IMG/VR virus record: IMGVR_UViG_3300014203_000001
Coordinates: 160,001-224,000 of that record
DNA: 64,000 bases
Strand: one strand, 5' to 3'
Origin: a virus
Taxonomy: Duplodnaviria; Caudoviricetes
Positions 48,712 to 58,480 of the stretch are shown here, piece after piece. The position numbers were made by a program, and so were the translations under genes. The number at the start of each line of letters is the position of its first letter. The first letter of the stretch is position 1. The notes beneath the pieces are model-generated. The model was given only the letters and a program-made list of their open reading frames with translations, was not told the origin of the DNA and ran no database searches.

Positions 48712-49140
48712 ATGATTAATATTGTAGACTTTAAAGGTGTTAAATTTTCCATGGATGATGAAGAGCATTCATTACATTGTGCTAATAATGAGATGCTCTT
48801 TGTGGTATTATTAAACCAAGGACTTAGCAACGATCCTAATGGTATTGCATGGGCTTTATACAATGACGAATGCAACTCTGCATTCGATGAGATATTCGCG
48901 GCTCATAGAATATTAGGACAAGAGGATATCTTTAAATCCAGAGGAGGATCTATCACCGTTAGTTTAAATGGTCATACCTTCAAAAGTGAAGGATATGATG
49001 AAACTTCAATGGTACTTGATGGTGGCACTATAGCTACTATAGTATCTCTATCCACTACAAGAGGATATACTATTGATACCTTATATGAATTCCACGATAT
49101 CATTAAAGAATTCTTAATCGCAAATATCATATCAATATAA
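48712..49140 (+). CDS. Hypothetical protein
   Basis: RBS gaggtg. Confidence 0.7.
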   Translation: MINIVDFKGVKFSMDDEEHSLHCANNEMLFVVLLNQGLSNDPNGIAWALYNDECNSAFDEIFAAHRILGQEDIFKSRGGSITVSLNGHTFKSEGYDETSMVLDGGTIATIVSLSTTRGYTIDTLYEFHDIIKEFLIANIISI

Positions 49141-49154
49141 AGGAGGAGTTTATA

Positions 49155-49304
49155 ATGGATGTCAAAGAAAAACAAGAAAAAGAAGAGTTAGAAAAAGAGG
49201 CATGGAAAGAATTAAAGGATCAATTCAGTATTACTCCTAGATTTAAAACCATGGAAGAGTTCAATGAGTTCTTCGACGATCCTAATTCAGTATTAAAACT
49301 ATAA
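49155..49304 (+). CDS. Small charged protein (49 aa, not in ORF track)
   Basis: RBS aaggagg; MDVKEKQEKEELEKEAW..NSVLKL*; terminator follows. Confidence 0.65.
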   Translation: MDVKEKQEKEELEKEAWKELKDQFSITPRFKTMEEFNEFFDDPNSVLKL

Positions 49305-49371
49305 TTATAGAGGCGAGCAATCGCCTTTATTTTTTCTAATATACACATCTATTTAAAGGCGGTGTTTATAA

Positions 49372-50547
49372 TTGAAATCAACAGAGTCAATTTTAAAAAT
49401 ATTATATCCTAAAGTGGAGAAATCTTTAACTAAGAATACTCCTAAATTTAAACAAGTAATATCTAAGTTTATGAATGATAGGAATGCTCAGATATTTGAT
49501 ACTTGCCCATGCGATAGAATATACTATGGTGAGAATGATGAGAACGAAATGCTACACGCTTTAGATATTACTAAAGCAGAAATAAAAGAAGCAGTAGAAG
49601 GAACGTACTATTATCCCATTACTGCGTTTAATCCTAGAGCAGCGAAGGACGAACTTACTGTTCTTATGCTTACAGTAATTAGATATTTCATTAAGAAGAA
49701 AGATCAACAGAATACTGAATTGGCTATGATCTACTTAGCATTCTCTGGGAAGTTCTATCCATCGGTACACTATATGGCTTTTCCTAAAGTTCAGCCTTCG
49801 GAATATAGACATGTAATGGAATATGTAATAAACTCTATGCTTAGTAACAAATTTGATCTAAAGACTAAAGGATCTGTGTTTGGTGCTATAAAGAGTGTAG
49901 GTTTAACATGGTTAGATTCGTATGATGATATGTTTAAGAGCTATGATGATGAAGATGTAGTATATCTTATACAGCAATTACATAATAGAATAAAATCCTT
50001 TATGAAGAATATAGCTGAGTTGTATTATAAAGCATATGCAGATAAAGACTATATTACTTATGATAGTGATTCATTAGACGATTCTGATTATCATCTAGCA
50101 GATAGCGATTCATTAAAAGCAGAACGTATTATAGAAAGGTCTATGGAGAAGATAAATAGCACATCTGTAGATTATAAACTATGTAAAATGTCTGCTGATA
50201 ATAATGTAAGAACAGAAGAGATAAAATCTATAGTAGAAGCTATCTTGAATAGTAAAGATAATATACTAGAAGTTAAAGAACTTGTAAGAGCTTTAGTATA
50301 TACGTACTTTGCTCAGGCTAACACTAAAGAAGTATCTGATATAGCATTTATAACATTCTCTATATCTCCTAAACCTAATACCAAAGACCCTCATATTCTT
50401 AGAATTAAAGAGATCTTAGAAGGATGGTTAGAAGACAACTCTATTTCATATAGAAAGAGAAAGAAACGATTAGCTACAAGGAATAGCTATAACAAAGCAA
50501 TACTTATGTATTTTACACTAGTAGTCCATATCGCGAATAAATCATGA
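49372..50547 (+). CDS. Uncharacterised protein (391 aa), probable core gene
   Basis: TTG start with RBS aaggcggtg; CACA-TCTATT-TA motif at 49344. Confidence 0.7.
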   Translation: MKSTESILKILYPKVEKSLTKNTPKFKQVISKFMNDRNAQIFDTCPCDRIYYGENDENEMLHALDITKAEIKEAVEGTYYYPITAFNPRAAKDELTVLMLTVIRYFIKKKDQQNTELAMIYLAFSGKFYPSVHYMAFPKVQPSEYRHVMEYVINSMLSNKFDLKTKGSVFGAIKSVGLTWLDSYDDMFKSYDDEDVVYLIQQLHNRIKSFMKNIAELYYKAYADKDYITYDSDSLDDSDYHLADSDSLKAERIIERSMEKINSTSVDYKLCKMSADNNVRTEEIKSIVEAILNSKDNILEVKELVRALVYTYFAQANTKEVSDIAFITFSISPKPNTKDPHILRIKEILEGWLEDNSISYRKRKKRLATRNSYNKAILMYFTLVVHIANKS

Positions 50548-51044
50548 TTACTACTACATATTTAAAAGTATCTGAAATAGAACCTGAGGGTATTAGATAT
50601 TTTATGATTGATAGATTACATGATGAGCTAAAAGATATAAATTATCCTGGATTTGAAAAATGGTTCTACAATACAGTATTACCAGAGATAAAAGATGGGA
50701 GAAGAGATATAATACTTTCTTTATCTAAACTAGACAATGGCAGAACAGTTCTATCTGGAATTGCAATAGTTAAAAATCATGATACTGAAAAGAAAATCTG
50801 CACATTCAAGATAAATGAGAATTATAGAGGATTAGGCGTAGGTAAAGGATTATTCGAAACTTGCTTTGAATATCTTGGGACTAGATCGCCAGTCTTCACT
50901 GTATCTCATAATAAGAAAGATATGTTTTCTAAACTTCTTGATATGTTTTCTTTTAAAGAAACTCAGTGTTTAAAAGATTATTATATTAGTGGATTAGATG
51001 AATACGTATATAACGGAAAATTAAATAAGAGGGATAGCTATTAG
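50544..51044 (+). CDS. GNAT acetyltransferase
   Basis: KICTFKINENYRGLGVGKGL acetyl-CoA motif. Confidence 0.8.
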   Translation: MITTTYLKVSEIEPEGIRYFMIDRLHDELKDINYPGFEKWFYNTVLPEIKDGRRDIILSLSKLDNGRTVLSGIAIVKNHDTEKKICTFKINENYRGLGVGKGLFETCFEYLGTRSPVFTVSHNKKDMFSKLLDMFSFKETQCLKDYYISGLDEYVYNGKLNKRDSY

Positions 51045-51053
51045 CTATCCCTC
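51029..51053 (+). terminator. GGATAGC-family hairpin
   Basis: gagggatagc-tatta-gctatccctc. Confidence 0.65.
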
Positions 51054-51073
51054 GATATAGTTTGCTTTTTGAA

Positions 51074-51112
51074 TTATATATTATATAGGTGAGAACAATT
51101 AAGCTATTCTCG
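51074..51112 (+). promoter_or_regulatory. Early promoter-like motif (copy 12) plus leader hairpin
   Basis: TTATATATTATA-tagg-TGAG; GAGAA..TTCTC. Confidence 0.75.
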
Positions 51113-51132
51113 AATTAAAGGAGGAATTTATA

Positions 51133-51570
51133 ATGACAATCGAAATTAAAAGAATGGTATTTGAAAACCCAATGCAGAGAGATCTATGTTTTACTCTAGG
51201 AATCCTAGAAAGTTTCTTTGATACTAAAGGAGAAAAGGATGTCTATACACAAATATGCGAAGCCTGGAAAACTCTCAATGATAAGGCTGTTGCTGAGGGG
51301 AATCCATCATTAAATGTAAATATCAGTAAAGCAAAATATGCGTATTCCATGCAAGGAAGCATTTTATTAAAAGATGAGCGGACTAATATTGAAGAAACCA
51401 TCTTAATAGAAGGTGGAATTGATTATATGATCTATATGTACTACCCAGATGAGAGTAAATTAGTTAGTTATATCGCAGCTAGATGTACTGAATTGAAAGA
51501 GTATTTAAAATTAAATACTGAGTTGGTATTACAATTTAAATATGAAGATACATATTTATACGGAGTATGA
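51133..51570 (+). CDS. Hypothetical protein, family P1
   Basis: ICEAWKTLNDK..ELKEYLKL..LVLQFKY. Confidence 0.7.
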   Translation: MTIEIKRMVFENPMQRDLCFTLGILESFFDTKGEKDVYTQICEAWKTLNDKAVAEGNPSLNVNISKAKYAYSMQGSILLKDERTNIEETILIEGGIDYMIYMYYPDESKLVSYIAARCTELKEYLKLNTELVLQFKYEDTYLYGV

Positions 51571-51582
51571 GGAGGAATAGAA

Positions 51583-51903
51583 ATGTTAACGATTAAATTG
51601 ACAAAAGAAAATAGTGCTAAAATTATTGAAGACCTAGAAAAGAGCTTATGTGATAATCTAAGGATTTACCATATCTATTCAGATAAAGAAGAATTTAGTG
51701 TTAGTCATAATATTGGTACTCTTAAAGGTATAGCAGTAGACATGGAGTATGGAGATATCAGATTAACACTATCTGATGGGTCTACTACAGAAATCCATAT
51801 GGGGAATACCTTATTAGCTGATGGAGACAGGCAGATAATTTCTATACGCAAAGATGAGATATCTGAGTCGAAGACAGTAATCTATCTAAAGAAAAACAAA
51901 TAG
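51583..51903 (+). CDS. Hypothetical protein, family P2
   Basis: KLTKENSAKIIEDLEKSL..EIHMGNTL. Confidence 0.7.
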   Translation: MLTIKLTKENSAKIIEDLEKSLCDNLRIYHIYSDKEEFSVSHNIGTLKGIAVDMEYGDIRLTLSDGSTTEIHMGNTLLADGDRQIISIRKDEISESKTVIYLKKNK

Positions 51904-51950
51904 AGAGAAGGCTAAATTAGCCTTCTCTTTTTTATTAAGGGGAAATTATA

Positions 51951-52301
51951 ATGATAGAGAAGATTGTAATTACTAAAGAAAACTTAGATATGTGCGCCGA
52001 CGAGATTATTAATGCATTAGAGAATGCTAGACTAAAAGTGATTTCTTATTGTCATAGCGATGATGATTATACAGCAAACTATTACAAAGGAAGATTTAGT
52101 GAAGTTTTAGAACCCGTAGATCCAAATGATAATTCTCTGGATATATGTATAATAGCTACTCATACATATTTTATTACATTAACTATAGGGGATATCATTA
52201 TTATTAAAGATAATCAAGTAGTATTTTCTAAAGCTCCTACAGTTATTGGTAATGAAGAGGTTACTATTATTAACGTTAGTAAGAAAGGAGAATCTAAATG
52301 A
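51951..52301 (+). CDS. Hypothetical protein, family P2
   Basis: VITKENLDMCADEIINAL..TLTIGDIIIIKDN. Confidence 0.7.
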   Translation: MIEKIVITKENLDMCADEIINALENARLKVISYCHSDDDYTANYYKGRFSEVLEPVDPNDNSLDICIIATHTYFITLTIGDIIIIKDNQVVFSKAPTVIGNEEVTIINVSKKGESK

Positions 52302-52672
52302 AAGAATTAGATCCTAATGGTAAGATAACTGAGCTAGTAAATTGTATAGTTTATAAACTATACAGAAAGAAGTTCTACAATGGGTTTAAGAAAGTCCAGG
52401 TTGGTAATTACTATGACGTAACGTTTACGCTATGCGATAAACAAGGCAATCCTATGAGACATATCTTAAAGAAATTAAAAATTGGATTCTTTAGAGATAA
52501 GATAAGTGTAATGATGATCGATATTTCTAACGATGTTATCGGGCAGTTTATCTTATCAACTCCAGAAGAGGAAGAAGCATTAATATTATATATTGTATCT
52601 TTTATCATTGAACATACTAAGGCATGTATCAAAGTAGACAATGTTAAAGCTGAATTATTTGGATTAAAATAA
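52298..52672 (+). CDS. Hypothetical protein
   Basis: RBS aaggag. Confidence 0.7.
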   Translation: MKELDPNGKITELVNCIVYKLYRKKFYNGFKKVQVGNYYDVTFTLCDKQGNPMRHILKKLKIGFFRDKISVMMIDISNDVIGQFILSTPEEEEALILYIVSFIIEHTKACIKVDNVKAELFGLK

Positions 52673-52685
52673 AGGAGGAATTATA

Positions 52686-53084
52686 ATGGAAGATACACCA
52701 AGAGAAAAGACTGAAGAAGAGGTAAGAAATGAATTTTTAGATTATATGTGGAATATTATAGACTATTGGGAGAAAGAGTCAAGAGCTGTAACGTCTAGAG
52801 AGAAACTATCTGGATTAATGCATTCGGTTCTTGCTACATTAGATGGATGTGCTATATCCATTCCAGGATTTATTGTAGCTCCTTCTCCTCATATAGAAGA
52901 TAAAGAATTTGATATATCAAAAGGAGAAAACTATTATCAGTATAATGGCGATTCTATTATAAAATGTGATATTGCTGGAGGGCTGTTGCATGAGTTATTT
53001 TATTCTAGAGAACCTAGTAGACGAAGAGCTGAGATGTTAGCGAGAGAAACATTGCTATCAACTCTAGATAAGGAGGAGAAATAA
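52686..53084 (+). CDS. Hypothetical protein
   Basis: RBS aaggagg. Confidence 0.7.
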   Translation: MEDTPREKTEEEVRNEFLDYMWNIIDYWEKESRAVTSREKLSGLMHSVLATLDGCAISIPGFIVAPSPHIEDKEFDISKGENYYQYNGDSIIKCDIAGGLLHELFYSREPSRRRAEMLARETLLSTLDKEEK

Positions 53085-53482
53085 TGGAGATTGTCAATAA
53101 GCCTCAATTCGGTATGATTCCTTTTAAGATATTATGTTGCAAACTAGCCTTTTCTGATTCTGATGTAAAAACTGATACTCCCATTACAAAAGATATAATT
53201 GCCAATTTATTAGCACGTATTAACGAGGAAAATTATAGTAATGGGGGAATTAGAATATATATCGAGGTATCTGAGTTTTTATCTATTGGTGCTGATAATA
53301 GATCCTCGTCTATAGAATCTAGGATTTTAATAGATAGCTGTAATAATAATATGGAGATAAGCAATGCTGCATATGTAGAAAACGTAAAGGCTACAATAGG
53401 TAAATTGAAAAGAGTATTGGGAATCGAGTCTTCAATACTATTGAATTTCTATTATAATGAGAATTATGTATTTTATGCATAA
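53084..53482 (+). CDS. Hypothetical protein, family P1
   Basis: NEENYSNGGIRIYIEVSEF..KLKRVLGI..LLNFYY. Confidence 0.7.
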   Translation: MEIVNKPQFGMIPFKILCCKLAFSDSDVKTDTPITKDIIANLLARINEENYSNGGIRIYIEVSEFLSIGADNRSSSIESRILIDSCNNNMEISNAAYVENVKATIGKLKRVLGIESSILLNFYYNENYVFYA

Positions 53483-53515
53483 TACTAGTCTACTATTAAA
53501 AGGAGGAATAAATTT

Positions 53516-53908
53516 ATGTCTAAAAGAGAACTAGCAACCTTTGCAGCTCCACCTGTAAAGGTATTATGTTTTAAACTATATATTACATATGGTTTGGAAA
53601 ATCCAATATTTAATTTGTGTACATTTGTAACTAATAAATGGTCCAAATGTAGTGAAAAGAATTATGATAATACTGGTGTTAAAATACGTGCCGAGACATC
53701 TGAATTCATTATGTCTGCTATAGAAGAGGATGGTATACTATGGAAATATAAGTGTGTTAATATAGAGGGATCGGATTTATCCTCTTCAGATGAAAATATA
53801 TTTATAGAAAATGTTCTTAATATTTGTAGAGATTTAAAGGTAGAATTATCATTAAAAGAATTAATCTTAGAATTCTTTTATCGAGAATCTCAGAAGTATA
53901 AGGTATAA
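53516..53908 (+). CDS. Hypothetical protein, family P1
   Basis: SEKNYDNTGVKIRAETSEF..DLKVELSL..ILEFFY. Confidence 0.7.
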   Translation: MSKRELATFAAPPVKVLCFKLYITYGLENPIFNLCTFVTNKWSKCSEKNYDNTGVKIRAETSEFIMSAIEEDGILWKYKCVNIEGSDLSSSDENIFIENVLNICRDLKVELSLKELILEFFYRESQKYKV

Positions 53909-53914
53909 AATTAT

Positions 53915-53950
53915 TATAAGAGGATAGCATTGCTATCCTCTTATATTTTT
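53915..53950 (+). terminator. GGATAGC-family hairpin
   Basis: tataagaggatagc-att-gctatcctcttata plus T tail. Confidence 0.65.
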
Positions 53951-53961
53951 AGGAGGGTAAG

Positions 53962-54471
53962 ATGAGACTGGGATATATTAAACCGAAAAGAACGCCATTA
54001 AATTTTAGGCTATTCAATTCCACTAAAAGCGATTTCAATTTAACTCTAAACGATAATATTATAATTTCTATAGATGCGAGCAAAGATTCTCTTCCTTTAT
54101 TATCAAAAAATATAGTAGGATTTGGTATAAAAGATTACGAATATTCAGAGAATCGTTCCACCCATTCTATATCAAAGTATACAAAGAGTACGATACAAAA
54201 TAATACAGAAGATAGTTTATTTATAATGATTAACAAATCATATGATGGTTATGGTTCTGACGTAGGTCTCGAAATATTATACAGTAGGATGGCAGATTTT
54301 TATAAAGCATCGGAAATACCAACACCTAGAATTATCGAGATACCTCCTAGCCAATCACGAGAAATAGACCTGTGTGCAACAATACATTCTACACATACAG
54401 ATAATCTTGTGAGTATTTATAGTGGAGGGAAATGGTCTTACCCTGATATATCAGATAGAGAAATATGGTAA
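53962..54471 (+). CDS. Hypothetical protein
   Basis: RBS aggaggg. Confidence 0.65.
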   Translation: MRLGYIKPKRTPLNFRLFNSTKSDFNLTLNDNIIISIDASKDSLPLLSKNIVGFGIKDYEYSENRSTHSISKYTKSTIQNNTEDSLFIMINKSYDGYGSDVGLEILYSRMADFYKASEIPTPRIIEIPPSQSREIDLCATIHSTHTDNLVSIYSGGKWSYPDISDREIW

Positions 54472-54503
54472 GAGAATAGCATTGCTATTCTCTTTTATTT
54501 TTT
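54470..54503. terminator. Bidirectional terminator
   Basis: aagagaatagc-att-gctattctctt plus T tail. Confidence 0.7.
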
Positions 54504-55630
54504 TCTAGTGCTAAGTTTATCTTATCTAAATTATATGTAGTTGATATGTACTTGCTAAATAAATCTCCTTCTTTGATATTGCTAAACATGAAACTAAAGT
54601 ATCCTTTTCTCGCAATATTATATTTAGGAGTTTTATCTATAACAGCATATTGTTTGGCTAGAAGATCTATATCTTTTATTTGTTTCTGTAGATCTTTCTT
54701 AAGTTCTGGAGGTAGAGTTTCATTATTTTTTATCTCATATTCTAATAGATTAACAGAGGTTTTCATTCTAGCCGCTAGCATGGGAGTATTACTAAACATA
54801 ACCTCTAATGAAGTATTGATTAATCCATAACTTAAATCTAATAGTTTAGCTATTTCTCCATTAGGATCTTTCTTCTTATTATATTCTATCTTAGATAATA
54901 CTGATGATAGTTCCACTCCATATCCATACATAGTAGCAAATTGATCTGCGAATTTCTCATCTATATATCTTCTCCTATCAGATGTTCTACCTATATACAT
55001 TATTAGATTCTTTGTGGTAGGAGAATCTGGAAAGAAGTTGTTTATAAAGTTAGGAGTATTAGTAACTATAAATCCGATGGTTTTAACTGTATCTGATATA
55101 ATAGGTAGTTCTTTTGTTTTTTGTGTAGCTACTGCCATGAATGAAGATATATGAGCTTGTAATGATTTTCTAAAAGTTTCGAAACAAACTTCTATAGGAA
55201 CCACTGCTTCAGTAAAGTTATGCCCAATCTCGTGTAATAATACCGCTACTATCTCACCATCTGTAATCTTATCACTAAAGAATAAAGTAGTAGTATATAC
55301 AACAAGAGTAGAATAATCTGTTTCCTTTTTATATCTAACTCCAGTAGAAGTAACCTCATATTTATCTACAAGATCACCATATTGCTTTTGCCTTACAGGA
55401 ACAGTATAGCAGTTATATTGTACTGCTTGATCAAACCCAAAATATACCTTACTAAACCCAAATGTTTTAGCTATCTTATTTTCGACTTCAGTTATAAGAC
55501 TATCATTTATAACTGTTTTGATTGGATCGTTTATATTATATTTCTTTCTTATCTTAGATATAGTCTTCTCTATATCTAATAGCTCGGGTGTTTTCCCAAA
55601 GTATGTTTCGTTAATAGGTTCAAAGAACAT
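54485..55630 (-). CDS. Zinc metalloprotease (gluzincin, M48-like), probable virion protein
   Basis: AVLLHEIGH plus EKFADQFA; preceded by CACA-TTAATA-TA. Confidence 0.7.
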   Translation of the reverse strand: MFFEPINETYFGKTPELLDIEKTISKIRKKYNINDPIKTVINDSLITEVENKIAKTFGFSKVYFGFDQAVQYNCYTVPVRQKQYGDLVDKYEVTSTGVRYKKETDYSTLVVYTTTLFFSDKITDGEIVAVLLHEIGHNFTEAVVPIEVCFETFRKSLQAHISSFMAVATQKTKELPIISDTVKTIGFIVTNTPNFINNFFPDSPTTKNLIMYIGRTSDRRRYIDEKFADQFATMYGYGVELSSVLSKIEYNKKKDPNGEIAKLLDLSYGLINTSLEVMFSNTPMLAARMKTSVNLLEYEIKNNETLPPELKKDLQKQIKDIDLLAKQYAVIDKTPKYNIARKGYFSFMFSNIKEGDLFSKYISTTYNLDKINLALEKNKRE

Positions 55631-55648
55631 TCTATATCACTCCTTCAT

Positions 55649-55681
55649 TATATTAATGTGATTTGTATCAACAACTATGTA
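55649..55681. promoter_or_regulatory. Divergent pair of NACA-N6-TA motifs
   Basis: CACA-TTAATA-TA on minus (55649..55660) and AACA-ACTATG-TA on plus (55670..55681). Confidence 0.55.
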
Positions 55682-55705
55682 AACTATTAAAGGGGGAATT
55701 TTAAT

Positions 55706-56344
55706 ATGTCTGAGCAAATTAATCTATCTGATATGACTAAAGTATCTTTAGCTGATATTAAACAAATGGTATTAGATGCTAAGGATATCCTAGAAGAAAA
55801 CGCTGCAGATCATGGTACTAGTTTAAAAGTTTATTTTCATTGGACGGCTGGGCACTATAGACAAGTGTTTGCAGATTATCATATGTCTATTATTGACGAT
55901 GGTGGCATTTATATACCTAGTGAAGATTTAACTATTACAAGAAATCATACGTATTATAGAAATCATGGCTCTATTGGTATTGGTATCTGCGCATGTGTTG
56001 GAGCTGTTAGTAACGATCTAGGAGAAGAACCACCTACTGATGCTCAAATAGAATCTATCGCTATGATAACGGCTGTTATTTCTGAAGCGTTGGGAACAGA
56101 AGTTACTATAGAGAACTATATGACGCATGGCGAAGCCGCAGATAATTTAGATGGATACGATCCAGGGTATCCAGATCATACTGGATATGAAGGAAATATC
56201 TATGGTCCTGATAGTACATGTGAACGTTGGGATTTAGCTATTCTAAAGAATGGTGATGAGTGGAAGTCTGGTGGGGATATTATCAGGGGTAAAGCTAATT
56301 GGTATTTGCAAGAGTATAAAGATGGGGTAGAAAATCATTTCTAA
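55706..56344 (+). CDS. N-acetylmuramoyl-L-alanine amidase (endolysin, Amidase_2-like)
   Basis: YFHWTAG, DYH, HTYYRN..SIGI, PTDAQIES, THGE. Confidence 0.8.
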   Translation: MSEQINLSDMTKVSLADIKQMVLDAKDILEENAADHGTSLKVYFHWTAGHYRQVFADYHMSIIDDGGIYIPSEDLTITRNHTYYRNHGSIGIGICACVGAVSNDLGEEPPTDAQIESIAMITAVISEALGTEVTIENYMTHGEAADNLDGYDPGYPDHTGYEGNIYGPDSTCERWDLAILKNGDEWKSGGDIIRGKANWYLQEYKDGVENHF

Positions 56345-56401
56345 AATACAAGGGATAGCGATATGCTATCCCTTTATTATAGTTTCTAATTTGCATTTTG
56401 A

Positions 56402-56439
56402 CTATATATTATATAAGTGAGCAATAATGTATTGCATCA
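56402..56439 (+). promoter_or_regulatory. Early promoter-like motif (copy 13) plus bulged-A hairpin
   Basis: TGA-GCAATA-atg-TATTGC-A-TCA. Confidence 0.75.
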
Positions 56440-56454
56440 AAGGAGGGAATTATT

Positions 56455-57201
56455 TTGTATAAAAATCTACCAGAAATGGTTAACTGTAAACTTATTCCTA
56501 GAAATTTTGGGCATATAGGGCATCTACCTGGAAGTAAAATGATCGATGTAACTGATAAGCTATTACATGAGAACGAGATAACTAAATTTACTGTATGTAA
56601 GAGAGATAAAGACGATTTAGTTATTATTACCGAAAAGATTGATGGGATGAACGCTGGAGTTGTTAAGAAGAATGGTATGCTATATCCTATAAATCGAAAA
56701 GGATATGATTCTAGAGAGATGGGAATACATTGTTCAGATTTGCAAGTATTAGGAGATACCTGGGCTGAATGGGTAGATCAATATTACAGCATATATGATG
56801 TTATGCTGAAAGAGGGCGAGAGATTAGTGTTTGAGAATTGTATTATACAGCATACTTTACAATACAAATTCAAGGACGATCCAGTATTTTTACTTGCTAA
56901 ATATAGTGCTGATAATAAAAGACTGGACTATAAAAGCCTTACCAGAATAGCCAAATATTATAAAATACCACAGCCTCCTCTGTTGAATATGGGTGCGGCT
57001 ATTCCGCCTCAAATTATTCTAAACCAATTTCCCAAGGGATGTGTTGGCGTTAGAGGGGAAATAGAAGGGATAGTATATACATACGAGCACAATGGACAAT
57101 TCGAATCTAACGCTAAATTCGTTAGTAATAAACTTATTGGAACAATTCATCCTCAGACTACAAAATTTAATAGATATAAAATATGGCAAGATATAGTATA
57201 A
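56455..57201 (+). CDS. RNA ligase family nucleotidyltransferase
   Basis: Motif I TEKIDG, motif IV EGIV, motif V AKFV. Confidence 0.75.
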   Translation: MYKNLPEMVNCKLIPRNFGHIGHLPGSKMIDVTDKLLHENEITKFTVCKRDKDDLVIITEKIDGMNAGVVKKNGMLYPINRKGYDSREMGIHCSDLQVLGDTWAEWVDQYYSIYDVMLKEGERLVFENCIIQHTLQYKFKDDPVFLLAKYSADNKRLDYKSLTRIAKYYKIPQPPLLNMGAAIPPQIILNQFPKGCVGVRGEIEGIVYTYEHNGQFESNAKFVSNKLIGTIHPQTTKFNRYKIWQDIV

Positions 57202-57219
57202 TAAAAAGGAGAGATTAGT

Positions 57220-57705
57220 ATGAATAAATTTTTTGATTTGTTTGACGATTCAGAGGAGTACCCGTCTAATGAAAGACTATTAAATGGAGTGCCAATGAAC
57301 ATGTTATTTGAGTATGTATCTGATACGTATCTAAACGGCTTTATTAACTACGTTGATATTAAGAAGGTATTATTAATACAAAGATATTGGAGTGAGAAAG
57401 AGTATGGACCATGGGACGAGTTTGTTAAAAAGGCAATAGAGAAAGGAAGCGATTTTCATACAGACTATAGAATTATTGAAGATGATGTGTTATTCTTAGC
57501 AGAAAGTGAATCTTCTTGGTGGTTCTTTTGGAATGATCGCGATTGTTCTGATTGTTTTATCGGACGTATTGATAAGACTAAGATTAGTTATGACGACTTA
57601 GAGAAAGCATTAATTGAGTTTATCGAAGAACACTTAGAAGATCCTAGTGATATTACTGGGGTGTATGCCGAACTACCTTTGCCGAGTGGATGGAAACGAT
57701 TATAA
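57220..57705 (+). CDS. Acidic, Trp-rich hypothetical protein
   Basis: RBS aaggag. Confidence 0.7.
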   Translation: MNKFFDLFDDSEEYPSNERLLNGVPMNMLFEYVSDTYLNGFINYVDIKKVLLIQRYWSEKEYGPWDEFVKKAIEKGSDFHTDYRIIEDDVLFLAESESSWWFFWNDRDCSDCFIGRIDKTKISYDDLEKALIEFIEEHLEDPSDITGVYAELPLPSGWKRL

Positions 57706-57727
57706 ATATAGAAGAGGAGTATTTAAT

Positions 57728-57916
57728 ATGGAAGATAAAGAGCCATCTCAGATGGAAGTAATTATTAAAATTAAAGGATTTATGGTAAAGCAAATATTCT
57801 TAGACAATATTGCAACTAGGGATTTGACCCAAGAAGATATAACAGTGGATAAAATAATTTCCACTGCAAACAAAACCTCTGGGGAGCTAACAATCAAATG
57901 GGATATTAATGAATAA
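57728..57916 (+). CDS. Small hypothetical protein
   Basis: RBS gaggag before ATG 57728. Confidence 0.6.
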   Translation: MEDKEPSQMEVIIKIKGFMVKQIFLDNIATRDLTQEDITVDKIISTANKTSGELTIKWDINE

Positions 57917-57955
57917 ATATAAGGGATAGCAATTTGCTATCCCTTTCTTTTTTGA

Positions 57956-58012
57956 TTATATATTATATAAGTGAGCAATAGTAAAATATTGTATCTTATA
58001 TTGAGGTGATAT
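57956..58012 (+). promoter_or_regulatory. Early promoter/leader cassette (copy 14)
   Basis: Near-identical to copy 11. Confidence 0.8.
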
Positions 58013-58015
58013 ATA

Positions 58016-58414
58016 ATGGATTATTTAATCCTACCAGCTGGATTTGTTAATAGTATATTAGAAAATTCAAAACTGACAATGATGTCTGTAAAAATAGCTA
58101 TCTATCTTGCAGATAAGTTAGGATTTGACGAGTACAAAACAATGCCACGTAGAACTGAAATTGCTAGGTATTTCAAAGTATCAACGACAACTGTAAATGA
58201 TAGCCTGACAGTATTAGACGATACCAAAATACTACTATCAGATCCTACCAACAATGCTCCTCGTAGATTTACTGGAAAATTTGTATTGTCTGGGTTGTAT
58301 ACTGTAGAAGTAGATGATCTAGATGAATACTTATCGACTCATAGTTTTGAAGAGGCTATAAATAATCCTAATATTAGAAGACATGACCTTATGTGCCGTA
58401 TTAATAAGAAATAG
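58016..58414 (+). CDS. Winged-helix HTH protein
   Basis: PRRTEIARYFKVSTTTVNDSLTVL. Confidence 0.7.
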   Translation: MDYLILPAGFVNSILENSKLTMMSVKIAIYLADKLGFDEYKTMPRRTEIARYFKVSTTTVNDSLTVLDDTKILLSDPTNNAPRRFTGKFVLSGLYTVEVDDLDEYLSTHSFEEAINNPNIRRHDLMCRINKK

Positions 58415-58480
58415 ACGCAATATATCCCATATATCGGTCGGCTATATAGGATATACCATTTTGAAAGGAGTTAATTTATA

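Noticed and set aside
49372-50547. Candidate chimallin or sigma-like RNAP specificity subunit
   Set aside because: No motif that I can verify by eye, so it is left as uncharacterised.
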